A DNA stretch of 64,000 bases from the NCBI GenBank assembly GCA_964016885.1, contig OZ024741.1, forward strand, positions 286,626,001-286,690,000, given 5' to 3'. The DNA is from Eledone cirrhosa (lineage: Eukaryota). Position 1 is the first letter of the stretch, and every line of letters starts with the position of its first letter. The translations under genes were made by a program, and so were the position numbers. The notes beneath the pieces were generated by a model, which was not told the origin of the DNA, did no database searches, and was given only the letters and a program-made list of their open reading frames with translations. Shown piece after piece: positions 1 to 13,110 of this stretch.

Positions 1-1325
1 GACGCGCGGCGGCTTTGAAAGAGTCGGATGTAATAGTATAGAAAATCGCACTAAGGAACACGGCCGTAATGTTAATTACACTAGCGATAGTATTGGTAGC
101 TTACCACACAATAAGGATCACGATCCCGGTGACAGTGAGCACTGTAGCCTACTTGAATTATTCCCCTACTATAAGATCAACAAAGGCGGTGGCCTACTAC
201 CAACGCCTTCCAACCAGCGTCTTCCTATACATAAACGTAGCGGAAAGAAGACGAATGCACCCGAGCATAAAGCGAAAGGGACACGTAACGAGCTACAACA
301 CAATAACATGCATAAGAACTGATAGCACAATCCTTAGCAAACGTACAAAGACACGGAATCACCACCGTAACGTCTTATGGTTCCATCCTCCCTACTCCCG
401 GAGTGTGGCCTCCGACATACCCCGGATATTCTTCGAAGCCTTAGAGAAGAACTTCCCACCCAACCATAAGTATAGGAAAATTCTGAATAGGAACAATATA
501 AAAATATCCTTCTCTACTATTCCTAACCTAGCAGACATCATAGGAACAACTAATCGCAGTAAGATCACCAAGACACAGCACCTTAGCACCGATACACCTA
601 CACCTGACAACAACTATATCGGCCTTGACGACTCCCTAGCAGCACCCAATAGTACTGGCAACAGCCACTACAAACGCAACCAACATAACCGCGACATGAC
701 TGGGGAATATGCAAGTGACCCGCACGGGTCACCGGGCGGCAACGGAAGACGCTGCTGCGTGCGGAATGATAATGGTACTACCCTGCACGCGGTGGGTTAT
801 AATGGTACCAATGAGAGGTGTAGGGGCGTAGGTAACAACATAGATAGCAATAATAATAGCCTTACCTTGGGAACTAGAAGGGACCGCGACCGAAATTGCA
901 ACTGCCGTGACAGGGGACGTTGCCCCCTTAAGGGTAACTGTCTGACTGATAGGGTTATTTATAGGTGCACCGTAACTAGCCATAATAGCGTTAAACATTA
1001 TATAGGGGCAATCTCTGGCCCGTTCAAAAATAGATTTCGAACACATCTCCATCCTTTCGCAAACAAGAAACTAAGACACTCCACTTCGCTCGCGAACTAC
1101 ATCACAGCATTAAAAGACTCAAACATTAGCTTCTCCACGCACTGGGAAATTGTCGGCAGAGCAGCACCATACAATTTCAAGAGGAAGTGCGAGCTTTGTC
1201 TCATGGAGCTTTACCATATCATAACGGCACCCCACGAGCTCATCAACAGCAGAGCAGAAACGACGATAACTTGTACACACCACTTAAAAATATCCTACTC
1301 CAGATGGAATAAGAATGAGGAGTGA
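1..1325 (+). mobile_element. Penelope-like element (Naiad-type), 3' part: RT thumb/linker plus GIY-YIG endonuclease
   Basis: ORF 69-1325 contains WFHPPYS...LEKNFPPNHKYRKILNRNNIKISFS, a CxCx5C knuckle (CNCRDRGRCPLKGNC), VIY..HYIG, FKNRFRTH and C-terminal CELC..CTHH. The element is cut by the window start, so the ORF start is probably not real. Confidence 0.9.
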
Positions 1326-1700
1326 AAGCCGTAAACCGGGTCGCCCTGCACCAAACTTTAATACCCCGGCGGGCAGGCGCTGCAAGAATCATCCGGAAAC
1401 TAACCATGCATCCCAGACCCGGCACGAATCGACCCAGGCGGGCAGGCGCAGCAAACAAACATCTGGAAAATAATGTTGCATACCTGATCCTGTGCGTATC
1501 GACAATGGTAAAGCTGTAACTACAAAGTAATAACGGATAAAAAGTCGCCTGGAGAATACTGCTGTAAAACCGGTTAGAGTTATCTCCCTTGACCTACTGC
1601 AAAATCAATACATGTTTTTTTACGAAGAATGAACTGTGACGTGAACTTATTTCTAAAAACCCATTCCGAGTCATGTAAGGAACGCTTTTTAGTTTTTTAT

Positions 1701-1740
1701 GCCCTTGAGAAGCCCTTTCGGGCGAAACGTACGTAGGTGC
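1701..1740 (+). ncRNA. Minimal type I hammerhead ribozyme (U3-A8 core) in the PLE 3' end
   Basis: gccc-TTGAGAA-gccc tttc gggc-GAAA-cgtacg (palindrome)-TA-ggtgc. Stem I has one bulge. Confidence 0.7.
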
Positions 1741-1947
1741 TATTTTAAATAAACATGTTTTAACGGTTTGTTCTTCTTTATATATTTCTCCACATGTATC
1801 CGCTCTGCTGATTTTCTCACGCACTAGATATTAACACTTCTAATATTTAACACTGCAGGCACAAGCATTGAGCACCCTTTGCATATGCTAGTGGCAAATA
1901 ACTACATGTATCGCCTATCTCTTCTTCTCTCTCTCGATACTTAATTA

Positions 1948-2000
<53 letters not shown>

Positions 2001-2003
<3 letters not shown>

Positions 2004-2801
2004 TAGGAGAAGGAAAACTCTGATATAACACCTGCAGCCCTGATGGTATCCAATGATGTTGACTTGTTCTTCTTTTTGGTAAATATCATCTTGGTTAAGA
2101 GAGTGGGACTGGCTTTGTGCAGAGCCTTTGCTCACTATAAAAGCTTCACGGCACAGGCTTTGCTTTATATCTGGAGATCTCTCTGCACTTGTCGTCACAT
2201 GGTATCATGGGCCCAGCACTATGTGTCAATAATTGTCACAAGTGTAGTGTTTGTACCAGAGTTTTCAAGTCGCTGGCTGGACTAAAAAGTCACACTCGTT
2301 CAGTGTATCGGTAGGGGTTCTCCTAGATGGATATAAAGTAGTGGCCGTACTCAAAAACGAGTTGGCAGCCACCATATATATATATATATATATGAGATAT
2401 GACCCCTTAGCCTTTGTCAAGGCAGAATTCTAGGAGAAGGAAAACTCTGATATAACACCTGCAACCCTGTTGGTATCCAATGATGTTGACTTGTTCTTCT
2501 TTTTGGTAAATATCATCTTGGTTAAGAGAGTGGGACTGGCTTTGTGCAGTGCCTTTGCTCACTCTAAAAGCTTCACGGCACAAGCATTGCTTTATATCTG
2601 GAGATCTCTCTGCACTTGTCATCACATGGTACCATGGGCCCAGCACTATGTGTCAATAATTGTCACAAGTGTAGTGTTTGTACCAGAGTTTTCAAGTCGC
2701 TGGCTGGACTAAAAAGTCACACTTGTTCAGCGCATCGGTAGGGGTTCTCCTACATGGATATAAAGTAGTGGCCGTACTCGAAAACGAGTTGGCAGCCACC
2801 A
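2001..2801 (+). mobile_element. Two tandem 3'-end fragments of an RTE-like LINE (period 427 bp)
   Basis: Near-identical copies at 2001-2374 and about 2394-2801. They encode a terminal C2H2 finger (CSVCTRVFKSLAGLKSH..SAH) and each ends in a (TA)n tail. Confidence 0.6.
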
Positions 2802-2969
2802 TATATATATAATAGCAATAATAATAAATGTGAAGACTCTATAAGGATAAATATATATCAAATATATAAGAATCCTAGAGCAAATATTTTTTAGTTTCAG
2901 AAGGTCCCGTTAAGAGTGAAAGCAGCGTTTCTTTGCTTAAACTTTAATCTGTTATTTTAATAAATAAAT

Positions 2970-3178
2970 AAATATATATACATGTATATATACACACACA
3001 TACACATAAACACACACATACAAATACATATATATACATACACTCATACACATATATGCGCACACATATGTATATATATATATACATACACACGCATACA
3101 CATACATATACAAATATATATATATATATATACATACATATATACATGCATACATATATATAAACACATACATATATG

Positions 3179-3232
<54 letters not shown>

Positions 3233-3302
3233 ATGTGTACACATACATACAAATACACACACATACATATATATATATATATACACACATGTATATATAT
3301 GT

Positions 3303-3379
<77 letters not shown>
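2970..3379. repeat. Compound (TA)n/(CA)n/(TACA)n microsatellite; many similar tracts occur across the window
   Basis: Seen directly. Others lie at 4949-5220, 10717-10922, 11420-11535, 12172-12267, 25211-25316, 29050-29350 and 52838-52915. Confidence 0.98.
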
Positions 3380-3382
<3 letters not shown>

Positions 3383-3470
3383 ATAATAATAAATTTGAAG
3401 ACTAAAATCCAAAGAGGGCTCGATAAGGATAAATATATCTCAAATATATAAGAACCGTAGAGCAAATATT

Positions 3471-3578
3471 TATTAAAATAACAGATTAAAGTTTAAGCAA
3501 AGAATCGCTGCTTTCAGAAGATCCCGTTAAGGGTGAAAGCAGCGATTCTTTGCTTAAACTTTAATCTGTTATTTTAAT
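3471..3578. repeat. Fold-back palindrome, about 45-bp arms with a 17-nt loop
   Basis: attaaaataacagattaaagtttaagcaaagaatcgctgctttca followed by its reverse complement. It belongs to a unit also present at 2815-2970. Confidence 0.9.
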
Positions 3579-3906
3579 GAATTTAGTAGCGATCCTGTGT
3601 CTGCAGAAAATTGACCTTTCTATCTTGTTGTTGAGTAGCCTTTTATCGTTCCTAAGGATATATAGTAATTCAAGGTCGCAGAGCCTACAATAGGACATAC
3701 CGGTACTATATGCCCTTGCGGCAAAAACATCGACTACAATATCAACTGGTTGAGGATGTCGGCCGCAAGGGCATATAGTACCGCTATGTCCTATTGTAGG
3801 CTCTGCGACCTTGAATTACTATATATCCTTAGGAACGATAAAAGGCTACTCAACAACAAGATAGAAAGGTCAATTTTCTGCAGACACAGGATCGCTACTA
3901 AATTCA
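3578..3906. repeat. Near-perfect palindrome, 145-bp arms with a 39-nt loop
   Basis: 3578-3722 is the reverse complement of 3762-3906, with one mismatch seen. Confidence 0.95.
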
Positions 3907-4811
3907 CAATATTTAAGCCACCGTGATTCGAACCAACATAACTTAGCATTCAACATATGAAATCCGCACTCTCACACAGACCACCACAGAACTATAATAT
4001 TCTTTAAGCAGCTTGTAGCCTCCTTGATTCTATACCACAGTAATGTCTGCAAATATCTTATCAACCCATAAATATATCTCTTCTCGGCTGCTGTCAACAC
4101 AACCTCCTCGCTCTTGATTCTCAACAGATGAACTTAATTCCAAGTACATTATTTGACTACTACCACAGTCCTTGAAATATCACATTCCTCCTGTTGTTAT
4201 AATGAACACCCCAATGTATCCGTAATTGCAGTCATCATGTTCTCTCTATATATACCTTGCTTCCTTAACCTCTGTATTAACCTACCTACTCTATTGCTGT
4301 TATTATTATTATTGTTGTCTTATCCATGCATGATTTGTTATTGATGCTGTGAAAGCTAAACAACCCCATGATTCGAACTAACAATCCCTTCATCTAATAT
4401 AGACCACTTAAATAATGAATCCGCTTTTCACCGCATAAAAATTACCATCCTCACTATAATGAAAATATTTTATCTATCAGATAATAAATAATCCTTACGG
4501 TCAGCAAACCTACAGTAAAATAAATGGTCCATTGTTTCAGGCCCCAGGTTATCTCTACACTATATATAATACACCCCTTGCCAGCTTTTACATGTCAATT
4601 TCATACATCTGCTTCGTATCAGCTCGTTATACATGCTAAAGTCATCAGTATACTATATGTCTTACTTAGATAGATGTGATTATTTTAACTATTTACGTTC
4701 TAGGTAATCTATTCGAGTATGGCTAGTATTGTTAGTATTGTTATTATTGTTCTGATTTAATGCCACTACTATATATAGAAGCCATGCCTGTGTATTCCCT
4801 TCATTCTCGCA

Positions 4812-4920
4812 TGCTCTGATGAATTGACTGGTTATAACAAAGTATTGGTGATCGATTGACGCAAAAACAGGCGGGTAGCGATCTCTAGACCTATCAGTTC
4901 AGAGAAACAATTGTATAGCA
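4812..4920 (+). ncRNA. Hammerhead ribozyme-like motif with long stem II, slightly degenerate
   Basis: tgct-CTGATGA...GAAA-caattg-TA-t-agca. Stem III is palindromic and the motif lies just before a (TA)n tail, like a pLTR end. Confidence 0.55.
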
Positions 4921-4946
4921 AACCATGTCACTCTTCTTTCTTGATT

Positions 4947-4994
<48 letters not shown>

Positions 4995-5047
4995 ATATAT
5001 AATACACATATGCACACATACACCCATATATATATATACATATATAT

Positions 5048-5080
<33 letters not shown>

Positions 5081-5084
5081 TATA

Positions 5085-5134
<50 letters not shown>

Positions 5135-5819
5135 CATACATATATATATATACACACACACACACATATACACAAACATATATAAACATATATACACGCA
5201 CACTCACATATATACACACAGAGAGGCACAATTCAAGTACGTTATACATGTGGAAAAGGCAAATAGGTAAGAAGTACTTACATAATCATAGTACCGTGGA
5301 GCGGGTCAAGATGGGGATAGGGGCAATGTTTTCTTTAAAGAAATTTTATCCATCTGACTTCAACACTGGCTTAAGATATTTGAAAGTTGCAAAGCTTTTG
5401 TGCATGCAATTCAGGCAGTTTTCAGAGAGTTTGTTCAGTGTCGGGCCCTTGGCACATAAAAGTGTGTGTTTGTGTGTGTGGGGGGGAGTGAGGGCTTATA
5501 TATGTGTGTGTGAGTGTGTTTGTAGACACCTGACCATAGCCATTGTTAGCTTAAGTGAACCTTAAAAATCAGGAGTGGCACCCCCAGGGTGAACTTGTTT
5601 ATAGAATTATTTCTGCCTTTGTTACTCTAAATATAGTTTTATAGAATTCCCGTTTCTTTAAACCCATTAACCAATGTCCTCCACCCATCCCAATCACCAC
5701 CCTCTCTACCACCAGAAAAGATATAAATACCACCATATTCTTGGACAGTCGGCTTCCTCATGGTTTCTCCCGAATGAAAGTTTTAGTCTTGTAGAAGCCT
5801 TTTCTCTATATTAAATATA

Positions 5820-5863
<44 letters not shown>

Positions 5864-5864
<1 letters not shown>

Positions 5865-6427
5865 AGGGGTCGGACAAAATAATGGAAACACCTAGCATCA
5901 TAGCATCATAATTTTGAAATATCTATAAAACCGTCAAAAGCTTGTTTATTTTTATGTTTTTTTATTTATTATTAGTGTTGCTTAATATGTTTTGTTAAAA
6001 TTGCTGTTTCTTTTCAGATATCATCAGAAAAAGGTAATTAAAATTCATTAAAATGACAGATCTATCGGACTTTCAAAGAGGTAAAATTGTTGGTGCTCGT
6101 GTGGCAGGTGCTAGCGTAACGAAAACAGCCGAAATGTTTGGTGTATCAAGAAGTACTGTCTCGAAAGTAATGACAGCCTTTGAGAAAAAGGGAAAAACCT
6201 CCTCGTCGAAACAAAACTCCGGAAGAAAACCAAAACTTTCAGATAGGGACCATCGGACTCTTACGCGAATTGTTAGAAAGGATCACAAAAGTACAGCTCC
6301 CAAAATTACTGCAGAACTTAATGACCACCTCGAGAACAATAAAAATAAACAAGCTTTTGACGGTTTTATAGATATTTCAAAATTATGATGCTATGATGCT
6401 AGGTGTTTCCATTATTTTGTCCAACCC

Positions 6428-6430
<3 letters not shown>
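5864..6430 (+). mobile_element. Internally deleted Tc1-like DNA transposon
   Basis: About 90-bp TIRs (caggggtcggacaaaataatggaaacacc / ggtgtttccattattttgtccaacccctg) in a TA context. ORF 6053-6388 is the paired-like HTH only (LSDFQRGKIVG...SGRKPKLS..D.R.L.R), with no DDE domain. Confidence 0.92.
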
Positions 6431-6458
<28 letters not shown>

Positions 6459-6505
6459 AGCAATTCAATGCAGTTAGAGAGTTTATATATAGGCTTAAAA
6501 AGGGA

Positions 6506-9500
6506 ATGAGTATAAGAAGAAAACAACAACAAGTCTCCTCCACCATCAAAGACCTTATCGCCTCCTCCCTCCTCCCCCCCACCGCTTTCCACCTCATCGT
6601 CCGCACCCCCCGCACCCCCACCATCTACTTCCTCCCCAAACTCCACAAACCCGACAACCCCGGCCGCCCCCTCGTCTCCGCTTGCAACTGCCCCACCGAA
6701 CTCATCTCCGCCTTTCTCGACTCCATCCTCGCCCCCCTTGTCACCACCCTCCCCTCCCACATCTCCGACACCAACCACGCCCTGCGCCTTTTCGACTCCT
6801 TCACCTACCCACCCGGCCCACAGCCCTTCCTCTTCACCCTAGACATCAAGTCCCTCTATACTGTCATCCCCCACGCCGACGGCCTACGCGCCCTCAAACA
6901 CTACCTCGACCTTCGCCCCTCCCCCATTCCCTCCACCCCCACCCTTCTTCGCCTCGCCGAGCTGGTCCTCACCCTGAATTGTTTCTCCTTCTCGGGTGAG
7001 TTTTACCAACAGGTCACGGGGGTAGCCATGGGTACAAGAATGGGCCCGAACTATGCCAACCTTTTTGTTGGCCATGTTGAGGCCCAAATCTTTGCCCAGT
7101 ACACCGGCCCCACGCCCGAACTGTACGGTCGTTACATTGACGACTGTATCGGAGCCACGACCCTCACCCGAGAACAGCTCGACTCCTTTCTCTCCTTCTT
7201 CTGCTCCTTCCACCCCTCCCTCCACTTCACTACCTCTATCTCCACCACCCACGTCCACTTCTTAGACATCTCCGTCGCCTTCGACCCCTCCCACCACTCC
7301 CTCGTCACCTCCGCCTTCTTCAAACCCACCGACTCCCACTCTTACCTCGACTTCACCTCTTCCCACCCCACCCACACTAAACACTCCATTCCCTACTCCC
7401 AACTTCTCAGGATCCGCCGCCTCTGTAGCCGAGATGCTGACTTTGAGTCCCAGGCCCTTTCCCTAGTCAGCCATTTCATCCGCAGAGGTTACTCCCCCTC
7501 TCTCGTCCACACCGCTCTCACCCGCGCCCGTGCTGTCCCCCGCTCCACTCTCACCCCACGCCACCGCACACCCACCCACCGTCTCCCCTTCCCCATCACC
7601 TACCACCCCTCCACCTTACCCCTCCACCGCACCATCCGCCGCCTCTTCCGACGCCTCCAGTCCGACCCCTCCACCTCCCACATCTTCCTAACCCCACCAC
7701 TCCCCTTTTTCAAACGCGCACGCAATCTCCGCACCCTCCTCGTCCACAGCTCCCTACCCCCCAACCCACGCTCTGTCCCCCCCCCTGGTTCCTTTCCCTG
7801 TTCTAGGCTCCGCTGCAACCCCTGTCCCCACATCACCAACACCACCACCTTCCAGGGTCCCAACGGCCACTCTCTCTCTCTGTCCGGCATGCCTTCCGCT
7901 GCACCTCCTCCAACCTAGTCTACGTCTTATGTCGGACAGACGGGATATTCGTCTCGGGGGTAGTTCCCCCATCGCCCGCCACTTTGGTGGCCCTGGACAT
8001 TCCGCACGCCATCTCACAGTCTGTGGCCTACTCCAATGCAACGGAACACCCGCCAATCGCCTTAGAGTCGAACAAAGAACTATCTTCATCTTACAGACCC
8101 ACACTCCCCCCGGCCTGAACTCCCCACCCTTATTCCTTTAGCCTTCGACCGCCCCCCTCCCCCCACACTTATCCCCCACTAACACCACTAACACACCCCT
8201 CCTTTTCACCGCCCACCCCACAACTAACAATACTTACACCTCCACTCCACCCCTCATCCGACCACCCTTCCCCAACTAACATACTAACATCCCTCCCTTC
8301 TTCTCCTCCTCCCCCCTCCTTATCACACGCACACACCCACCGGCACATATATACACGCGCTCACACTAAACACACACCCTACTACCACCACTAACCCTCA
8401 CCCCCACACCTCTCACCCCCACACCTCCATCCCACCACCCCGCAACTAACCTCACTAACACCCCCTGACCCCAAACACACGAACACACGCACCCACTTAC
8501 ACCACCCACCCCACACGCAACTAACCCCCCAACCCCACGCACACGTACCCACACACCCTCGTACACCACCAACTCTACACACCCTACCACCACTAACCCC
8601 CACTCATACCTGCATTCAACCCTTCCCCACCTCCCGTATACTAACACCCACTAACACCCCTTCATCAAACTACACACACCAGTACACCACACTCCCTCCA
8701 TAGAACTACACACACCCTTCTCTCCCCGCTCCACCCACACCCTCGCTCCACACTCACTCATCCCACTAACACCTCTACTAATACACACACACACACCCTC
8801 CTCACTCCAACTTTCACACCTACCCATCCTCGCCCCTTTACCATTCCACCGACTGCTGCTATGCCCTCTGACCACCTCCCAGCACAAACAGACACACAGC
8901 ACTTCCATTGCTTGACCACTTCCTGTTGCGCGCGCACCCCACATCTCTCCTCTTCCGACCATCGCTTCATGGAATACTCGTTTGTGTAACTTGACCACCA
9001 CAGAATCCACTAAACATCATAGGATTTTACCAACTTACGCAATCACCTATATAACTCACCCACACACACACCCCAAAAAAATTTTTTCTCCACACGCCAC
9101 CTACACCCACAACACGCTTAAACCCACACACACGTACTTTTCACCACATATTTACACCCTCAGCCTCCTGATTCCTCTCCCCCCACCCCTCTATCCACAC
9201 ACGCACAGACACTCCGACCTACAACTCCCCCCCCCACACACACACACATACACACCTCTTCCTGAACATGCAACCCCGTTCTTCCCCCAACCCTTACTTT
9301 CACATACACACACGTACACCTACACACACACACCACCTTCAGCCCTCCCCGCTCGGACACCCCGTCTCCCTCTCCCCACTCCACCCGCCACCACCCCTAC
9401 ACACCCCACACCCTTCCACCACCTGTTTTACCCCCCTTTTAATTTCAGTTTATTTTGATCATGCTTTTATATTTAAATTTATTTCATTCCGTGTATTTTG

Positions 9501-9734
9501 ATCATGCTTTATTTTTATTTTTATTTTTAATTTCATTCGCACCGTTTCCTTTCGCTATATGTCTCTCCACCACTCCCCTACACACCCTTTGAACTCTGTT
9601 CCCACACACTTCTCACCTGAGGAAGGGCTTATGCCCGAAACGTCGTTCCCCACCACCACCCCACTCTTCAGAGCGTGAAATTAATAAACATTCGTTGTAC
9701 TGCCTCTCTGTTTTGTTCCTGTTCAAATTTTTCC

Positions 9735-9737
<3 letters not shown>
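6506..9737 (+). mobile_element. 5'-truncated Penelope-like element (Neptune-type) with long C/A-rich 3' UTR
   Basis: RT motifs YFLPKLHKP..PGRP, TLDIKSLYT, GVAMGTRMGPNYANLF, YGRYIDD and FLDI. Cys knuckle CSRLRCNPC. The GIY-YIG domain is frameshifted and partly deleted (CTSSNLVY; EQRTIFILQTHTPPGLN, to 8141). Ends aataaa...(TA)n. Confidence 0.92.
9614..9646 (+). ncRNA. Minimal hammerhead motif in the Neptune pLTR
   Basis: cac-CTGAGGA-a-gggc ttat gccc-GAAA-cg-TC-gt. Stem I is only about 2 bp. Confidence 0.65.
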
Positions 9738-9780
<43 letters not shown>

Positions 9781-9786
<6 letters not shown>

Positions 9787-10713
9787 CTTTAACTGCATTG
9801 TATTGCTCATTGAGAGAAAAAGGTAATAGTCTGTAGGCGCAAAGTCGTGTCATCCTTGATGTATGCGGCCGAGCGTTATCATGAAAGAATCGAACAGAAT
9901 CATGGTGTGGAAATTACATGTGCGCTTTTAACGGTTAATCTGTCAAGTTGTTGGCATTAGACGTCAGAGGTTATGCTGGTGTTCGGTGGAAGCAACTCGT
10001 TGTGGATGATACCTTTCCACTCCTCGCAGACGTTCAATAGGACCTTGCGATGGTGGGAGCCAGCCTTTGCTTGCCGTTGTGGGACTCTCTATATCAACCC
10101 TCGATCGCTTGTGCTTGATATTAATGTAGGGACACAATTTGTCATCACCAGTAACAATGGAACGATGCAGTTGGCTCTGCGATGGTAGGAAAGCAGAGAA
10201 ATTGTAGCTGCCACCTGACATTCACGATTCCTGCCAGTCAGATTGTGGGGCACCTATTTGTCTAGCTTAGACACCTTCCCTATTGCATACAAATGAGTGA
10301 GGGTGTTGTTTTTTGATGCCCCAATCACTTCGGCGGGTTGGCGTGATGTCTGGCATAGGTCGGCTTCCACCAGTTCACGCAGTTGTTCGTCATTGAAGTA
10401 TGATGGGCGTCCTACACGAAGTCGATCTTCAAGGCTGTAATCACCGGAACAGAAGCGTGCTAATCAATCCTTAGCACTTCATTCAGACATGGTGTGTGAG
10501 CCAGAGTTGAAATGATAAAGCAAACAGCCACGTATAAACGATTTGGCTAGATCCATGTTACTTCATCATTGACGGCGTAGCAGAAGATGAGAAATGCATA
10601 CAATGCATATTAAGGTCACTTCTCATATATGAGCATGTGCACATCCTTCAACATGTCCAGAAAATTCTATCAAAATACCTCCTTTTCAACAGCAGGAACA
10701 TTCTGTCCAACCC

Positions 10714-10716
<3 letters not shown>
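9781..10716 (-). mobile_element. Degenerate mariner transposon
   Basis: Minus-strand remnants IVTGDDK, HDNARPHTS and DFAPTDYYLF. TIR-like taatgggttggacagaatgttcc next to TA. Confidence 0.85.
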
Positions 10717-10809
<93 letters not shown>

Positions 10810-10866
10810 TGTGTACGTGTCTGTGTGTACGTGTCTGTGTGTGTGTGTGTCTGTATCTGTGTGTAT

Positions 10867-10925
<59 letters not shown>

Positions 10926-11457
10926 TGTGTGTATGCGTGAGCTTATAATTCTATTTGTAAACTGTTATCACCAGAAAATTATTTTATATCTAATTTCGTA
11001 CATAGATAAGCTATTAAAATTGTTAACATATCAGGTGTGTGATCACACGATGAATAGACTAAAATAAAAAATGACTACAAATAAAATCACAAAACTGTTA
11101 ATTCCAGTAGGTAGTTACTGTAATTGACTGTTAAGAAGTTAATACATCTTGAAGAAAGTATGAATGCCATAACATCATATTTCCATCCAACCAAGATGTC
11201 TGAAACGTTAATATACATTACAACACAACATTCTGATAAGTGTTGTGTATTATCTGTGATATTTAATGTTATCTAAAGATAAGAGGATGTTTTCCAATAC
11301 AGACAACTGCAGAACTTTACTTCGTTGTAAATCTTAATAGTCAACTCCTATTAACAAACCTTGTATACATGTGTATTTGAATATATACTAATATTGTCTG
11401 TCTTTCACTCTCTCGTCATCTCTTCTCTCTCTCTCTCTCTGTATATATATATATATA

Positions 11458-11538
<81 letters not shown>

Positions 11539-11811
11539 GGCGTGGTGCGTGGTTGCAAATGGGTTACATATGAATAAATTTAGTCCTTCATCAGTGATCT
11601 TCCAGCCTTCATTGGTATTTATCGCTTTAAAGACCATATACCTCTGGTTGGTGCGAGCAACGGCTAAAGAAAGTCGTTGGGACACGTAAAATAGGGTGAA
11701 ACGAGCGAGACATGTAAACAAACAAAGATGGTAGTGCAACGAAAAGTGAGGAAGAAGGAGTCAAGTCCCTGAAATCGATGAACTTAAGTTCTGTGAAATC
11801 GTAGACGAGAG

Positions 11812-11854
<43 letters not shown>

Positions 11855-11859
<5 letters not shown>

Positions 11860-12172
11860 GTCCCCGGTATTCGCAGGGTTACGTTCCTAGAATACCCGCG
11901 AAGCGTGAAAAACCGCGAATATCGGACATGGTTCATAAAAAAGCCTATAAACGTCAAAATATAACGTAAAATATGCGAAGGGGCGTCTAATAGGCCAGCA
12001 AATACGTTATATTGTTATTAATAATTTAGAGTTAAAAATATATATATTGCCACGAAAAAAGCCATAAAAGAAATCTACGATTATTAGGGAAAAGATATTT
12101 ACGATGCGTTGGTTTCCACTTCTAAGGAAATTTCCGCGAATAACCGGGATCACGAATACCGGAGGTATACTG
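11855..12172. mobile_element. pogo/Tigger-like MITE in (TA)n
   Basis: Imperfect TIRs tagttgtccccggtattcg / cgaataccggaggtatactg, internal ccgcgaat repeats, TA flanks. Confidence 0.6.
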
Positions 12173-12269
<97 letters not shown>

Positions 12270-12474
12270 CGCCAATAAGCGAAAAACGCGTCGATTACTT
12301 CACCGTTTTAGCTAAGGCTGGGTGTGACGATGGTCACAACCTTAAACATTCATAGAGAAAGGCCTTCAAATGTTTTTCATAAACATCCCGTATATCATTC
12401 AATATACAATACGTACATTTATATGTATATCGCTATATCGGAGCACCCATACATACATATATATATATATATAT

Positions 12475-12551
12475 AGGGTGTCCCAAAAAATGTATACACA
12501 CTTCAACAGCATTCTATTAAATATGTATATATATTTTGGAGGGAATACTGT
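12475..12551. mobile_element. About 77-bp Tc1-type mini-MITE; second copy at 14308-14385
   Basis: agggtgtcccaaaaaatgtatacacacttcaacagcattc...ctg with TA flanks. Two related copies are in the window. Confidence 0.6.
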
Positions 12552-12606
12552 ATATACGTACATGTATATATATATATATATATGACCCTCCCAAACTACA
12601 ATTATC

Positions 12607-12645
<39 letters not shown>

Positions 12646-12997
12646 AAGATTGAAGAATAACATGGTCGGCTGTACAACAAGGGGCTTTATTTCAAGTATT
12701 AACACTTGTTTCATTGATCAGGTGAGTCTAAAGGCCGCTAATAACTCGAAGCTGCGTCACTTGACTTGAAATACAGTGTTTACCTCTGATTAAATCATAT
12801 TTTTTTTACTTATTTTTTTATTTATCATTTTATTTCTTTATATTTTTACTTTTTATTTTTTTACTTTTTACATATGTAACTTCTCTACCTTTTTATCATT
12901 ATATTTATTATATTTTATTATTGATGTTATTGTTGTGATGTTATTGTTTTGATTCTACACTGTATCTATATATACCATTGCCATATGTGAGTTCTTT

Positions 12998-13110
12998 AGT
13001 ATTCTGAGGATTTGATCAGTGGTAAACACTGTATTTAAGGTCGAGTGACGCAACTTCGAGAGATTAGCGGCCTTTAGACTCACCTGATCAATGAAACAAT
13101 TGTTAATACT
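12998..13110 (+). ncRNA. Type I hammerhead ribozyme with extended stem II; truncated inverted copy at 12639-12797
   Basis: agtatt-CTGAGGA-t ttgatcag...ctgatcaa t-GAAA-caattg-TT-aatact. Perfect 6-bp stem I and 8-bp stem II after a U-U mismatch. Confidence 0.8.

Noticed and set aside
2944-3465. Many ORFs of YIYI/VCVC type here and at 4894-5565, 10637-11067, 11361-12769 and 52669-53654
   Set aside because: These are translations of (TA)n and (CA)n microsatellites, which lack stops in some frames. They are not genes.
3511-3550. cagaaga-tccc..gggt-gaaa hammerhead-like motif, also near 2897
   Set aside because: There is no UH triplet after stem III and no stem I, and the 5' side is a fold-back junction.
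3920-4385. Two B-box-like gttcgaatc motifs on the minus strand suggesting tRNA genes
   Set aside because: No cloverleaf or A-box could be built by eye.
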